Below are positions 45,901 through 55,895 of a stretch of DNA of 64,000 nt, one piece after another. The stretch is from positions 32,001 through 96,000 of IMG/VR virus record IMGVR_UViG_3300037189_014399. One strand, written 5' to 3'. The position numbers and the translations under genes were made by a program. Position 1 is the stretch's first letter. Each line of letters starts with the position of its first letter. The notes beneath the pieces are model-generated. The model searched no databases, was not told the DNA's origin, and worked only from the letters and a program-made list of their open reading frames with translations. Source of the DNA: a virus.

Positions 45901-46863
45901 TGTAAGAACACCACCAACCATTTCAGGAAGCTTAGTTGCAGAACCAACGTTTGCAATTGAGAAGGTTGAGAACGCAGTACCCTGCTGGCTTAGGTAAGCA
46001 AGTGATGAAATAAGTGTTAATGACTCCAACTGTGAAGTAAGAGGCTGTAACAAGTTATTAGAGTAGTTACCAGCTGGCTGAGGTGAGTGGTAGCTGTTAT
46101 TGGTGAAGGCGTTAGTTCCTGTGAAAGGATCCTGACCTGTCAAGTTGTAGTTGTGATACATAACCTGACCCTGTGTGATAACAGAGTTAGCTGAATCAAA
46201 ACGAACAACACCGTTAACTGCACCAGATGTAGCTGCAGATAGGGTAATCGTGTTACCTGAAATGTTTGTAATGTAGGTGTTAGATGCAATGTTAGATGTA
46301 GATGAAGAAACACCTGGGTAAGCTGTAGAAATGTATGAACCTGCAACTAGTGTCATACCTACAACAAGACCGTTAGCGTTTGGATAAACAGTCATGTAGG
46401 TAGATGTTGTAGCTGCGGTTACAACCTTGTATACAACTTCAGGATCCCAACCTAGAACGTTGAGATCAAAATCTGGGTTTGTTAAGTAGTTCCAGACTGT
46501 TGTAGAACCAAATGTGGTAGTACCACCATTTGTTCCTGGAAGAGTAGATGTGTAATCGTTAGACGCGATAAGTGCACCAAGACCACCCTGACCACCCACA
46601 CCAATGTTTACCTGGTATGAAGTTCCTGGGGTTACGTCAATGTTCTTAACGATGACAGCGCCACCAGCGCCACCGCCGCCTGCTACGTTATCTGCGCCGC
46701 CGCCACCGCCACCGCCGCCGCCAACGAGGACGACTTGAGCAGAGTTAACGCCAGCAGGAGCAGTCCAAGTACTACTAGAAGTAAAGACCTGCTCCTTGAT
46801 TGTTACACGACCCGAATTGTCGTTCGGGAAGACGATTAAGTCTTTATATGCGGAAATTGCCAT
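42985..46863 (-). CDS. glycine-rich fibre protein (1292 aa)
   Basis: FTSS.TW.AP.GV...V.LVGGGGGG start; NTGSGGGG and GGNGSDGV.IIRW end; internal beta modules. Confidence 0.8.
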   Translation of the reverse strand: MAISAYKDLIVFPNDNSGRVTIKEQVFTSSSTWTAPAGVNSAQVVLVGGGGGGGGGADNVAGGGGAGGAVIVKNIDVTPGTSYQVNIGVGGQGGLGALIASNDYTSTLPGTNGGTTTFGSTTVWNYLTNPDFDLNVLGWDPEVVYKVVTAATTSTYMTVYPNANGLVVGMTLVAGSYISTAYPGVSSSTSNIASNTYITNISGNTITLSAATSGAVNGVVRFDSANSVITQGQVMYHNYNLTGQDPFTGTNAFTNNSYHSPQPAGNYSNNLLQPLTSQLESLTLISSLAYLSQQGTAFSTFSIANVGSATKLPEMVGGVLTTTATGTSGNFFATLASTTGLIPNMFLIGTGFPTGTFITSISGTTVYLNQALNATIAAQSVTASYTGTVGLNSLSLSTGTSTTSGTPSWVIFSTQTATAVGSATQSQTGYAGVPFIPGQTYTLSAYVWTNTVINSGSTPFLFQLRSAGSTYGAAVNQNYLGGTPVTLSTSSIDAAGGTANGFFVRQATPTPISGYGASTATTITGSYGSGVNQFTVASATGLTTGMYITSAPTGLATTNYITAINGTTVTLSANSTQAITGPVSITFGTPSGQQVLTNRWVRVSATFTMPGLAAAQATGTYAYGTSPLFMYPTLIVQQPSISSLLVDNLQLELGSTPTTWQPPVYNFGTSLVLSSSTNSNGNLEVAHRPVRVTAGQTYSASMYAFGSGTANQYWPITGFIEWLDADYQPISRSVGPNMFLGFNGYSAVAAVMPATNYGARIGVNGAVAPLASTPVGTGAGAVATANAVYARVGFSVYRGAVGTGTQVQYNLIAPQLELASAATFPKKADNVTYFWSGQTGASQLISSWTVAAEGGGGGGTYNTNNLYWMFGIQGAHNGGHAAYNSTAGALAVAGGGAGSLTPGQNAQSYLQAVTSTTNPIPVAGWQTTAAFSQPAFPGRGNAGGYAIMNTSSNGRSAIPGIAGDGGQGTVVSGLNSGSSLGLALGAGGGGAGWVTWTSGGVGTSAAGYQFNPYMAPGRGTAGGGKGGGNVIVDLSQGTLQTAWGSSSGNYFARGIDAIPNTGSGGGGGSTNFGNNPDLPIMHFPANAAVAYEATSAEFYKWMPLYNATDIQASASAGIFGTNGLRVTAQDDGNVKIVTLSQTFQILPRTIITLPALAARLTSSPTSSISSPAFAGTTKRARPTIRWKDQNNVIIREDRPIYDIVFTALNTVNYLGSVNASNAIVYTQSGGWTTQPAPANAYLFDVTWEFDYLDSGDIVDVDISGLTYLGYNSNGGNGSDGVAIIRWFDKTTF

Positions 46864-46886
46864 TAGTAGTTACCTGTCTCCCTGAA

Positions 46887-47189
46887 TTAACTGACGTATA
46901 CGCCAGAGATGAAGTAGTCAACTGCTGACGCCTGATCCGCAGTTACGACGATTGAATCTCCAGTGTTTGCCACTGTACGAGAATCAAAATTTACTGTTCC
47001 ATTTGCTGGAATCTGCAACGCTGTGCAGAAAGCAAAGCCACCAAGCGTTACTGTTGCGTAACGGGTGTTTGAAGTTTTATTTGTTAAAACGATATTCGTG
47101 ATGATCGCTGTTGTCGAAGCTGGGATTGCAATACCAGCATCTGTTGTACCAGCGGTTCCTCTACGAATTAAGGTTACTGTAGTTGCCAT
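46887..47189 (-). CDS. small virion structural protein
   Basis: IITNIVLTN, IPANGT, FISG. Confidence 0.55.
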   Translation of the reverse strand: MATTVTLIRRGTAGTTDAGIAIPASTTAIITNIVLTNKTSNTRYATVTLGGFAFCTALQIPANGTVNFDSRTVANTGDSIVVTADQASAVDYFISGVYVS

Positions 47190-47527
47190 TATGCTAGAAC
47201 TCCCATGTAAGCTAGGACGGTTAGATTGGTTGCTGTGTTATTAACAGCTGCTACCTGTGTGGTACCGGCTGTATTCACTGCTGCCAACTGAGTTGTGCCA
47301 GCAGTGTTTACTGCAGATACCTGTGTGGTACCAGCAGTTGTAATTGATGTAACCTGGTTAGAGGTTGCAGCCACAATATCGTTGACTCCAAGCACTGTTC
47401 CCAGAGTAGTTAGTGCGTTTGCGTAGTATGCAGCGTCTTGAGAAGTTACTGTGCCACCAGCTAGGCTAGTGGAAATGTTACTCTTCAGTGCATTGATCTG
47501 CGTACTGAGCGAGCTATAATCGGGCAT
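47189..47527 (-). CDS. coiled-coil fibre protein with 11-residue repeats
   Basis: TAGTTQV/LxAVN three times. Confidence 0.6.
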   Translation of the reverse strand: MPDYSSLSTQINALKSNISTSLAGGTVTSQDAAYYANALTTLGTVLGVNDIVAATSNQVTSITTAGTTQVSAVNTAGTTQLAAVNTAGTTQVAAVNNTATNLTVLAYMGVLA

Positions 47528-47597
47528 TGTGGATTTTCCTACCTTCCGAGGTTTGTTAGAAGTATATCAAATTTAACCAAGTTGAATTCCCTAATCG

Positions 47598-50500
47598 TTA
47601 TGCCTGAGCTTCTGTCCAGGAAATACGAGCTGCGATTTGTGAGTTACCGGTACCGATATTTGTTGCGGTTACGACTAGTACGTCTGGACCGTTAGGGAAT
47701 CCAGGGCTAGATACGTTTCCATTACCGGATAGAGCTGAGTTACCGATGTCCTTACCACCAACGAGTGAGTATACGGATGAGTTGAATGATGAACCAGATC
47801 CGTTTTCGGTATAGAACGAGAAGACCGAGTCACCACCGACGAGTGTGCCAGATGGGGTTGGTGATGCAGTTGTGTAAGGAACCTGTCCCTGACCGTTACC
47901 TGTGTTATCAAAGTAGATGGTCTGGGCAAGAGATGAGTTACCTACCTGGTCACGAGTCCAGTCATTTGGAAGACCGGTGTAACCTGTGGTTGGGGTAAAT
48001 GTCACTGTACCGTTAGTAATAGCACCGGTAGTAGAGACGTTCAATGTAACAATGTTACCTTGAATATTAGTGATGTAAGCGTTAGCTGGAATGTTACCGT
48101 TACCAGAAACAAGCATACCGATCTGCATACCTGTAACAGTTGTAGTGTTAAGGGTACCGGTATCTGTAATTGTAAGCTGGTTAGATCCAGAAGTAGCGTT
48201 TACTGTTGTACGGTTAAAGGCAAGCTGAGACGTTGTCCAGTTTGTATAACCAAGATATGATGGGTTGAGGATACAGTCGATACGATATGAACCGTTAGTC
48301 TGTACAGCCACTGACTGAAGTTGAAGTGCCATGCGGTTAATCAACTCACGAACACCATAGTTACGAGCAATTGCGTTATCTGCAGATGGTGCTACACGGA
48401 TTGCAAGCAATGGACGTGTTGTACCGGCTAGAAGAGTTGCGTACTTGGTCATACCAGCTGTGTAGATAGGTAGTAAGTCTGTCTGGAATCCACCATCCAT
48501 AACAACCGATGATCCCCAGTGCTGAATGATTGGGGCGCAGTTTTGGTTGATAGGCTGAACAGATACCTGAGCAGAACCACCAACACCTGTCATAGATGAA
48601 TCAGCAGTAAAGACTACCTGGTTCTGTGTTGCTGTATATGTAAATGGAACGTCTGGGTAGTTAAGAGTTACTGATGCACGACGACCGCTGATTGTTACTG
48701 GGTAACCCTGGGCTGTAGAGTTAAACGCTCCAACTGCAGAGTAGTTCATAAGCTCTACGTTTGTATCGTCACGAACAATAATTGTTCCTGATGATGGCCA
48801 GTTAGTAACGTTGTCTACGTACATAGTGGTGTCTGTTGCTGTCAATGCAGATCCAATTGTTCCTGCTGAGCCAGCTACCATCTTGCTGAATACGATAGGT
48901 GAGTTATCAACTTCATAGCGTGCAGGCAAGTTACCTGACTTCTGATATGCAAGCTGGTTGACGTTGTTGTTTGAGATGCGGTGTACGTAAATGATCTGTC
49001 CACGAGGACCACGAACACCAAAACGAATAGTTCCAGCACCGTACCAGGAGTAATCGATGTAAACCATCTGCATCTTCTTAATGTCAATGACGTAACCTGA
49101 AGGGCCTGTACCATCGCACTTATCCATGTTCCACTGTGCCTGGGTGAACTGAAGGTTCTGTGTAACAGTGACACGGTTACCAACTGTGCTAACACCCTTA
49201 TATGCTGGAGCAACATAAAGCAATGTGTCGCTTGCAATTGCAGTAACTAAGTAGCTTGAGCCCTTAATTACAATCTTTTGACCAACTGAAAGCTGACGAC
49301 GGAAGTAAGTTCCGATACCAGTAACTGCAGGAGAGCCGTAAGTTACGTTTACACGTCCAGAGATTAGCTTCTCTGAGTGACGACGTACAACTGATAGAGT
49401 CTGGCCGTTGTAGGCAAAATAGAAACCATTCTGTTCATCATACATACCTGTACGGCACTCTGCGCCCTGCCACTGAACTGCGTGAGCGTATGCATACTGT
49501 CCGCTTGGTGTCTGATCTGCAAGAGATAAACCAGATGTAATTGTGATCTGATACTGGAATACGTTTGCATTAATGACGTTAGAAACGGTAAACGAACCGT
49601 TGAATGGGTTGTACTGTGTTGCATTTCCTACAACAACATTTTCCATAAAGATAACTGCGCCAGCCTGTAATCCGTGATCTTCAACAGTTGTTACTGTTAC
49701 TGTTTGAAGGCCAGCGTTAAGTGAGCTGAGAGAGATTGAATCAAGGTTAAATGTAGGTGTTAACTTAGCACCAGTTGAGAACTGGATTGACTTACCAGCC
49801 TGGTAGCGGAAGTAACGGCGTGACTGACGAATTGCTTGAAGACCAGGTACGTTGTTATATGTTGTGATAGCAACACCCGCGTCATATGGACGGTGAATAA
49901 CATAGCCGTCTGACTTTGCAATGATACGAGAAGTCGTTGGTGTAAACAAGCTACCGTATTGCTGTGTAGCTGTGAAGATAATCTGATTTGTTGTTGGTAC
50001 CTGCTTGACTAGGTAGTCACCATCCCAAGCGTTTGTTCCTGATACAGAAACAGTGATGCCTGGATAAAGTCCGTGAGGGTACTGGAATGTAACTGTAATA
50101 TTAGAAGGAATAGCACCGTCTGTCTGAGCAGTCCAGGTATTCATGTTGTTGGTACCACCTGGGATAGCACCTAGACCTGGATAGTTACCACCAGGGATGT
50201 GTGCGCCATCAAATACGTCACCAGCATATACGCTTGTTAGGTTTAGGTAGTTAACGTCACCAGTTACAACACCACGTGCACGGTATGTGAATGTGTAAAC
50301 AGTTGGTGCTGTAAGAACAGTGAATGTACCTTCTGCACGATAGTTTAGTGTTTCTTGAACGTTTACAACACCACCAGGTACAAGACCATGTGGGTTTGTT
50401 GTTGTTACTGTAACAATAGAGCGAGGTGAAATACCATCACCAATAATTGAAGACACTGCAATTGCGTTACCGCCGTTTGGCTTAGCAAAGAAGCTTGGGT

Positions 50501-50930
50501 AGTTAGACGCTAGGAATAGGGCTTCCCATTTAGATGGCTGTACAGAGTATTCAAAGTCTGTATCCATAAGTGACTGTGGCTGAGAAACACGCTGCTTCTG
50601 AGCACCATCAAGAAGTGTTTCTTCAGGAATATTAATTGTTGCGTAGTCATCAATGTAGACCTGAACGTAGTCTGTTGATGCCATTGTTGTGCTTAAGAAT
50701 GCAGCAGAGTTAAGAACAATAACAGTGTTATAGGTTGCGTTACCGTTATCTGTCTTAGTCCAAGATGTTGTGGACTTTGTTGAGTCAGAGAAGTTATAGA
50801 GAACAACATTCTTTGTGACGTTGGTAATCAACATCACACGCTCAGGACGGATCCAACGATTCTTGATTGTAAGTGTGTAGGAAGACGGATCAAACGTATA
50901 ATCAGTCTCTAGCAAAACGTTTCTTGCCAC
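47598..50930 (-). CDS. large beta-rich fibre/appendage protein (1110 aa)
   Basis: YTFDP...MLITNVT.NVVLYNF N-terminus; repeated VTVT...HGL..G..V.V modules. Confidence 0.75.
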   Translation of the reverse strand: MARNVLLETDYTFDPSSYTLTIKNRWIRPERVMLITNVTKNVVLYNFSDSTKSTTSWTKTDNGNATYNTVIVLNSAAFLSTTMASTDYVQVYIDDYATINIPEETLLDGAQKQRVSQPQSLMDTDFEYSVQPSKWEALFLASNYPSFFAKPNGGNAIAVSSIIGDGISPRSIVTVTTTNPHGLVPGGVVNVQETLNYRAEGTFTVLTAPTVYTFTYRARGVVTGDVNYLNLTSVYAGDVFDGAHIPGGNYPGLGAIPGGTNNMNTWTAQTDGAIPSNITVTFQYPHGLYPGITVSVSGTNAWDGDYLVKQVPTTNQIIFTATQQYGSLFTPTTSRIIAKSDGYVIHRPYDAGVAITTYNNVPGLQAIRQSRRYFRYQAGKSIQFSTGAKLTPTFNLDSISLSSLNAGLQTVTVTTVEDHGLQAGAVIFMENVVVGNATQYNPFNGSFTVSNVINANVFQYQITITSGLSLADQTPSGQYAYAHAVQWQGAECRTGMYDEQNGFYFAYNGQTLSVVRRHSEKLISGRVNVTYGSPAVTGIGTYFRRQLSVGQKIVIKGSSYLVTAIASDTLLYVAPAYKGVSTVGNRVTVTQNLQFTQAQWNMDKCDGTGPSGYVIDIKKMQMVYIDYSWYGAGTIRFGVRGPRGQIIYVHRISNNNVNQLAYQKSGNLPARYEVDNSPIVFSKMVAGSAGTIGSALTATDTTMYVDNVTNWPSSGTIIVRDDTNVELMNYSAVGAFNSTAQGYPVTISGRRASVTLNYPDVPFTYTATQNQVVFTADSSMTGVGGSAQVSVQPINQNCAPIIQHWGSSVVMDGGFQTDLLPIYTAGMTKYATLLAGTTRPLLAIRVAPSADNAIARNYGVRELINRMALQLQSVAVQTNGSYRIDCILNPSYLGYTNWTTSQLAFNRTTVNATSGSNQLTITDTGTLNTTTVTGMQIGMLVSGNGNIPANAYITNIQGNIVTLNVSTTGAITNGTVTFTPTTGYTGLPNDWTRDQVGNSSLAQTIYFDNTGNGQGQVPYTTASPTPSGTLVGGDSVFSFYTENGSGSSFNSSVYSLVGGKDIGNSALSGNGNVSSPGFPNGPDVLVVTATNIGTGNSQIAARISWTEAQA

Positions 50931-50942
50931 TTAGGATCCTTC

Positions 50943-51485
50943 CTAGATTAAAGTGATCGGTGCGATCACCGAGGTAGTAGTTGTTACATTTACATTGTTA
51001 ATGTTCTTAGGGAAGTAAAATCCTGTACCTAAGAATGCATCAGCAATGACTTTTTGATTAAGATTAGTATCTCCAGACGTACCTGCAGGGCCTGTAGCTC
51101 CCCTTGATCCACCGCGTATTAGTATAGCCCAATATGTAGGGGTTAGGTCTGGATCTTTGTTCGTGTTATCTTGAAGAGCAATATACGTGTTATTGTCATC
51201 GTAGGGGATTACTGTTCCCTTTGGATAAAAAGTAGTTGAATTCCAAGTTTGCACTACTTGAGTAATACCAGTACCGGCAGGACCTGCCGCACCAGCTACA
51301 CCAGCAGGACCTGTAGGACCTTGTACACCAGATGAATAAGAAAGTTGAGTCCAGGTAGATGTTCCATTACCTAACTTAAACTTTCCTGTATCTAGCTCAA
51401 GACCCAATTCACCTTCTGCAAGGATTGGGTTTGCAGAGGTCCATTGAGCTGCTGATCCACGTCTAAATTGAACTTGAACGGCCAT
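50943..51485 (-). CDS. short fibre: Mtd/hyaluronidase-like N-domain, collagen, CBM5/12-like motif
   Basis: QFRRG.AAQWTSANPILAEGE.G.E.DTGKFK.GNG; short Gly-X-Y; WN...Y..G......Y.A.......P.....W. Start MAVQV at 51485. Confidence 0.75.
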   Translation of the reverse strand: MAVQVQFRRGSAAQWTSANPILAEGELGLELDTGKFKLGNGTSTWTQLSYSSGVQGPTGPAGVAGAAGPAGTGITQVVQTWNSTTFYPKGTVIPYDDNNTYIALQDNTNKDPDLTPTYWAILIRGGSRGATGPAGTSGDTNLNQKVIADAFLGTGFYFPKNINNVNVTTTTSVIAPITLI

Positions 51486-54259
51486 TAGATTCCTCCACAA
51501 TCAAGATTTGTTAATCCACCATATGTACTTGTTGGTGAGCCTGCATCAATGTTGACAATGCTACTACCTGCAGGGCCTGTAGGTCCTTGTGAACCTGTTG
51601 CACCTGTTGGTCCTTGTGCACCAGTCGGTCCAGCTACTGTAGATGCAGCACCAGTTGGTCCTGTTGGTCCTTGAATATTTCCTGTGTTAAGCCACTGAGC
51701 AGTAGTAATAGACCAGATGTAAAGATTAGTTCCAACAATGTATGCATCTCCTGCAGCACCGGTTGGGTGTGCAGCCTGTAATGCAGATAAGGTTGTGTAG
51801 TTTCCAAGGATGTTGATGCCTGTTCCTTGAGGTCCAGTAGCACCTGTTGGACCAGTTGCACCAGCAAATCCTTGAGCACCTTGTAGGCCTTGTGGACCCG
51901 TAGGACCAACATTACCTTGTGAGCCTTGAGGACCAGTTGCACCAGTTAAACCGGTAGCACCTGTAGGACCAGTAATACTTAATCCTTGTGGTCCTGTTGC
52001 ACCAGTAGGTCCAACATTACCAATAGGTCCTGTAGCACCAACAGGTCCTTGAACACCTGTAGGGCCAAGAGGGCCTTGCGGACCGGTTGATCCTGTAGGA
52101 CCAGTTACACCTTGAATACCCTGAGGTCCGGTAGGGCCAGTTACAGTAGATGCTGCACCTGTAGGACCAAGAGGGCCTTGCGGACCGGTAGGACCAGTGG
52201 GTCCGATACCACCAGTAGCAGTAAAGTTAAGGACGTCAACGCCAATAACAATGCTTTGCTCAAAACCTGAACCCTTTTGATATTGAATAAATGAACGACT
52301 ATTGCCGTTTAGATTTCCAAGTTGAATAGAAAGATAGTCACCAGCAGTTGCCTCAGCAACAACGCTTCCATCGTAATCTGTTGCACGAGTAAGGATGTTT
52401 GGTGTACCAGAATTTGAATCATAAACAGTTGTTAACTTATAGATACCATTCTGACGTGCATCAGTTTGATCTTTAACAAGAATACGATCACCAAGACTTG
52501 GTGTAAATCCGTCAACAATAAGAGTAGACATTGCAGTAAGTGTGAGCGTTGCTCCAACACCATATCCACCGTCCCCACCTAATGTACCTGGGGTATACGT
52601 GCCGGCAAGATTTGTAGTGGTTGCTACACGTGCAGAGTTGTGTGCGTTTGAGGTTCCTGCAGGACCGATAGGACCAGTATCACCCTTAGCGCCAGTCGCA
52701 CCAGTTGCTCCTGCCGCACCTTGAGGACCAATAGGTCCCTGAGCACCAGTAGGTCCTGTTGCACCAGTAGCACCGGCGCCTGTAGGTCCAACTGCACCAG
52801 TAGGACCAGTAGGTCCTTGTGGACCTGGAACTGCTGAGTCAGCACCCTTAGGGCCTGTTGCACCCGTTGCACCGGTAGGTCCAATAGCACCAATTGGTCC
52901 TGCTTGACCTGTTGGGCCTTGCGGACCTGTCGGTCCTTGTGCACCAGCTGGGCCTTGTGTACCTTGAGAACCAGTAGCACCAACAGCGCCTGTAGCACCA
53001 GTGGGACCAACCTGTCCCTGAATACCCTGTGGGCCTGTTGAACCTGTTGCGCCTGTTGGGCCAGCAGGTCCGGTAGCACCAGTTGCTCCTGTGTCTCCCT
53101 TAGCGCCAGTAATACCTTGTGGGCCTTGAGGACCGGTGGCACCTGTTGCACCAACGTTTCCTTGTAAACCACCAGGACCTGTAGGACCGATGTTTCCTTG
53201 AGGACCAGTTGCGCCAGTTGCGCCAACAGCACCTGTTGCACCTACTGGGCCCTGTAATCCAGTATCACCCTTAAGTCCTTGTGCTCCTTGTGGACCTGTT
53301 GGTCCAGTTGCACCGGTTTGACCAATGTCACCCTTAGGACCAGTTGCACCTGTTGCACCAGCTTGTCCTGTAGAACCAGTAGGTCCTTGAATGTTTCCAA
53401 CACTTACCCACGCACTGCTGTTAACAGACCATACGTAAAGTGTTCCTGCAACTAAATACGATTGACCAGCAGATCCTGTTGGACGTGCTGTTTGTAAATC
53501 TTGAAGTGTGCTGTATGAACCAAGAATGGTTACAGAGGTACCGGCAGGGCCCTGTGCACCAGTAGCACCTGTAGGACCGGCAGGTCCTTGAGATCCGGTT
53601 GAACCAGCTGGGCCTGTAGGACCAGCATCACCACGAGCACCAGTTGGACCCGTTGCACCAGAAAGACCAATAGCACCAGTTGCACCCTGTGCACCGGTTG
53701 CACCCGCAGGACCTTGAGGTCCTTGTGCACCAGTTGGTCCAACTGGACCCTGTGCACCAGTAGGTCCTTGTGCACCGGTATTGCCTTGATAGCCCTGTGC
53801 ACCAGCAGGACCTGTGGCACCTGTAGCACCTACAGTTCCACGATCACCAGCTAGTGAGATTGACCATCCATAAAATGTGTCACCGATTTCACCAGCAGCA
53901 AAATCAGGACGAATAACAATTCTGTATCCACCTGTGTAAGGTGAGATAGATGTAATTAAACCTTCAATGTATGTTGCAACTGCGCCTGTTGCATTTGCAC
54001 GAACACGATTGCCTGCAACATATGCGCCTGTAGATGGCACAATAAATTCTGCTGTAGCGTATTGAGATCCAAATCCAACAACAACTCCAGTATTAGAAGT
54101 TAGGGCTGCATAACCAGCGCCTGTTGCTCCGGTAGGACCGGTTGGGCCAGTAGGACCTGTTGCTCCTGGAATACCACGAGGACCAGTAGCGCCACCGCCA
54201 CCACTGCCTGATGAGCCACGGCTATATCCGCTTAGATCGGGGAAATCAAAATTAGTCAC
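51485..54259 (-). CDS. long collagen-like fibre (924 aa)
   Basis: Several long Gly-X-Y runs (GPT/GAT/GPQ) interrupted by globular modules. Confidence 0.9.
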   Translation of the reverse strand: MTNFDFPDLSGYSRGSSGSGGGGATGPRGIPGATGPTGPTGPTGATGAGYAALTSNTGVVVGFGSQYATAEFIVPSTGAYVAGNRVRANATGAVATYIEGLITSISPYTGGYRIVIRPDFAAGEIGDTFYGWSISLAGDRGTVGATGATGPAGAQGYQGNTGAQGPTGAQGPVGPTGAQGPQGPAGATGAQGATGAIGLSGATGPTGARGDAGPTGPAGSTGSQGPAGPTGATGAQGPAGTSVTILGSYSTLQDLQTARPTGSAGQSYLVAGTLYVWSVNSSAWVSVGNIQGPTGSTGQAGATGATGPKGDIGQTGATGPTGPQGAQGLKGDTGLQGPVGATGAVGATGATGPQGNIGPTGPGGLQGNVGATGATGPQGPQGITGAKGDTGATGATGPAGPTGATGSTGPQGIQGQVGPTGATGAVGATGSQGTQGPAGAQGPTGPQGPTGQAGPIGAIGPTGATGATGPKGADSAVPGPQGPTGPTGAVGPTGAGATGATGPTGAQGPIGPQGAAGATGATGAKGDTGPIGPAGTSNAHNSARVATTTNLAGTYTPGTLGGDGGYGVGATLTLTAMSTLIVDGFTPSLGDRILVKDQTDARQNGIYKLTTVYDSNSGTPNILTRATDYDGSVVAEATAGDYLSIQLGNLNGNSRSFIQYQKGSGFEQSIVIGVDVLNFTATGGIGPTGPTGPQGPLGPTGAASTVTGPTGPQGIQGVTGPTGSTGPQGPLGPTGVQGPVGATGPIGNVGPTGATGPQGLSITGPTGATGLTGATGPQGSQGNVGPTGPQGLQGAQGFAGATGPTGATGPQGTGINILGNYTTLSALQAAHPTGAAGDAYIVGTNLYIWSITTAQWLNTGNIQGPTGPTGAASTVAGPTGAQGPTGATGSQGPTGPAGSSIVNIDAGSPTSTYGGLTNLDCGGI

Positions 54260-55347
54260 TGTGGATCTCCATAAGGAATAGATACTTGAGGTTTAGTAAA
54301 CACTTTTCCTTCTAAATACGTCTTGGTACGCCCTGCGCTGTCTTTAAGTTGTAGATCCCAATATGCTGTTCTTGGAAGTTCTGCAGTTATTGCACCAGGT
54401 AATGTAAGAGTTAGAGTATCGAGTATACCACCCTGTATTGAAGCAGACTTGGTGATTGTAAAGGTACCAAGAATGTATGGACCAATCTGACTTCCAGGCC
54501 ACTCTGTAAAGGTTCTGATCTGGGAGAACGGTGTAAAGTTTGCAAGATCTCCACCAAATGGCACCACGTATTCAAAGTCATCACCTGAGTATAGGGATAG
54601 ATCTTTATGTACTACTGCCGCAGATGGGGTCGCATCGCCGTAGTCAGGAAGTGGAAGAGCAATACGTTGAGCCAATGATCCGTCATCAATCTCTTGAGGC
54701 TTGTAAAGAGGAACGTATTTATTGGTACGTTGAGATATACGACGTAGATCAAACACAGACATCTTGTACATTCCTATATCAAGCATCTGGCAAAGATCAC
54801 GATACTGTTCTTTACGCTGATATACCATCTCCATAAGTTGACGGTATCGTTGAGAACGTGGAATGGTTACACCATCTGGTGAGGAGATATCAATATCAAA
54901 GGCAGCATCTGTAGCCAGCGTATAAAGGGCAAGGCTTGCTGCAAGTAGCATCAATGGGTATTCATTCTCTGGGCTTAAAGCCTCTAGTGAGGGAGTTGTA
55001 CCATCAACGGTATTCATAAAACGAGTATGCTGCTCATAAGCATCTCTTAAATAATAGTAGATCTCAATATCAGTAAAGTATTTAAATGTTTGACCTGAAA
55101 CAATAATCTTTGCACCTGGGCTAGGAACTACAGATAGCTCAACTAAACCTGTTACCTCTTCAATGGTGCAGTCATTAGAGATCTCTAGACCATCTACGGT
55201 GATTGAAACACTTTGACCATTTACAGGAGAAACGGTAAGTTGATATCTAAAATCTTGTCCGTTACCTACAAAGGTTTCTACAAAGCTGTGGCCAATATCG
55301 CCAATCTCAGCACGAAGCCGATTGATCAATGATGATAATGACGCCAC
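54256..55347 (-). CDS. head-tail adaptor/neck protein with C-terminal Ig-like (BppU-like) domain
   Basis: [28 protein letters not shown]; C-terminal [10 protein letters not shown]...YWDLQL...TYLEGKVF. Confidence 0.6.
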   Translation of the reverse strand: MASLSSLINRLRAEIGDIGHSFVETFVGNGQDFRYQLTVSPVNGQSVSITVDGLEISNDCTIEEVTGLVELSVVPSPGAKIIVSGQTFKYFTDIEIYYYLRDAYEQHTRFMNTVDGTTPSLEALSPENEYPLMLLAASLALYTLATDAAFDIDISSPDGVTIPRSQRYRQLMEMVYQRKEQYRDLCQMLDIGMYKMSVFDLRRISQRTNKYVPLYKPQEIDDGSLAQRIALPLPDYGDATPSAAVVHKDLSLYSGDDFEYVVPFGGDLANFTPFSQIRTFTEWPGSQIGPYILGTFTITKSASIQGGILDTLTLTLPGAITAELPRTAYWDLQLKDSAGRTKTYLEGKVFTKPQVSIPYGDPQ

Positions 55348-55404
55348 ATTTCCTCCGACTGTCTAACTCTAATATTCTCAGTATTACATAACCCATGTCT
55401 GCAT

Positions 55405-55445
55405 AAAAAGACCCACTCCGACAGGAGGGCGGTTGTCGGAGTGGG
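55405..55445 (-). terminator. Rho-independent terminator
   Basis: 12-bp perfect stem CCCACTCCGACA/TGTCGGAGTGGG then TCTTTTT. Confidence 0.85.
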
Positions 55446-55462
55446 CATTCTAAATTGCGGCA

Positions 55463-55831
55463 TTAGAGCCGGTCGTATAGGTAACCCTTTTCTTGAAGGT
55501 GTGCCGCTACGTTTTTAGCTACCTTGTATTTCTGACCAGCTTTGAATGAGAAGTGGTTGCCCACTCCAATTGTTACAAAATCTAGGTCTTCAGCCACACG
55601 AATAACTACTGTGTCATCCGCTGACTCTACTCCGAGTGATTCAACCTCATCGATCACTGTAGGTACTGCACCTGCAGTTGTGAGATCAAAAATCTCTGTC
55701 TCTAGTCTTTCTGCTTCAACTTGTGAAGCAATAGACATTTCTTGTGCTCTTTTGGCTACTTCTTCTGCGTTAGCCTTGAGCATATCTTCACGTTGACGTC
55801 CAGTGAAGTCTGTTACTTTAGCTTTTGCCAC
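55463..55831 (-). CDS. hypothetical head-associated protein
   Basis: SD AGGAG; directly downstream of the capsid gene. Confidence 0.6.
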   Translation of the reverse strand: MAKAKVTDFTGRQREDMLKANAEEVAKRAQEMSIASQVEAERLETEIFDLTTAGAVPTVIDEVESLGVESADDTVVIRVAEDLDFVTIGVGNHFSFKAGQKYKVAKNVAAHLQEKGYLYDRL

Positions 55832-55858
55832 GATTGTTATTCTCCTAAGTGTTATGTG

Positions 55859-55884
55859 GGGGGCGGGCTTTTATACCCGCCCCC
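55859..55884 (-). terminator. GC-rich hairpin after the capsid gene (attenuator or stabiliser)
   Basis: GGGGGCGGG/CCCGCCCCC stem; no clear U-tract. Confidence 0.5.
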
Positions 55885-55895
55885 GTCTTATTAAA

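Noticed and set aside
50943-51485. Mtd-like N-terminus suggesting a diversity-generating retroelement
   Set aside because: No reverse transcriptase or template/variable repeat pair seen in the window; this N-domain is a common fibre anchor.
51485-54259. Collagen as an animal-type substrate of the P4H
   Set aside because: Pro is almost always at X, not Y, so classical X-Pro-Gly hydroxylation sites are nearly absent; TP linkers fit better.
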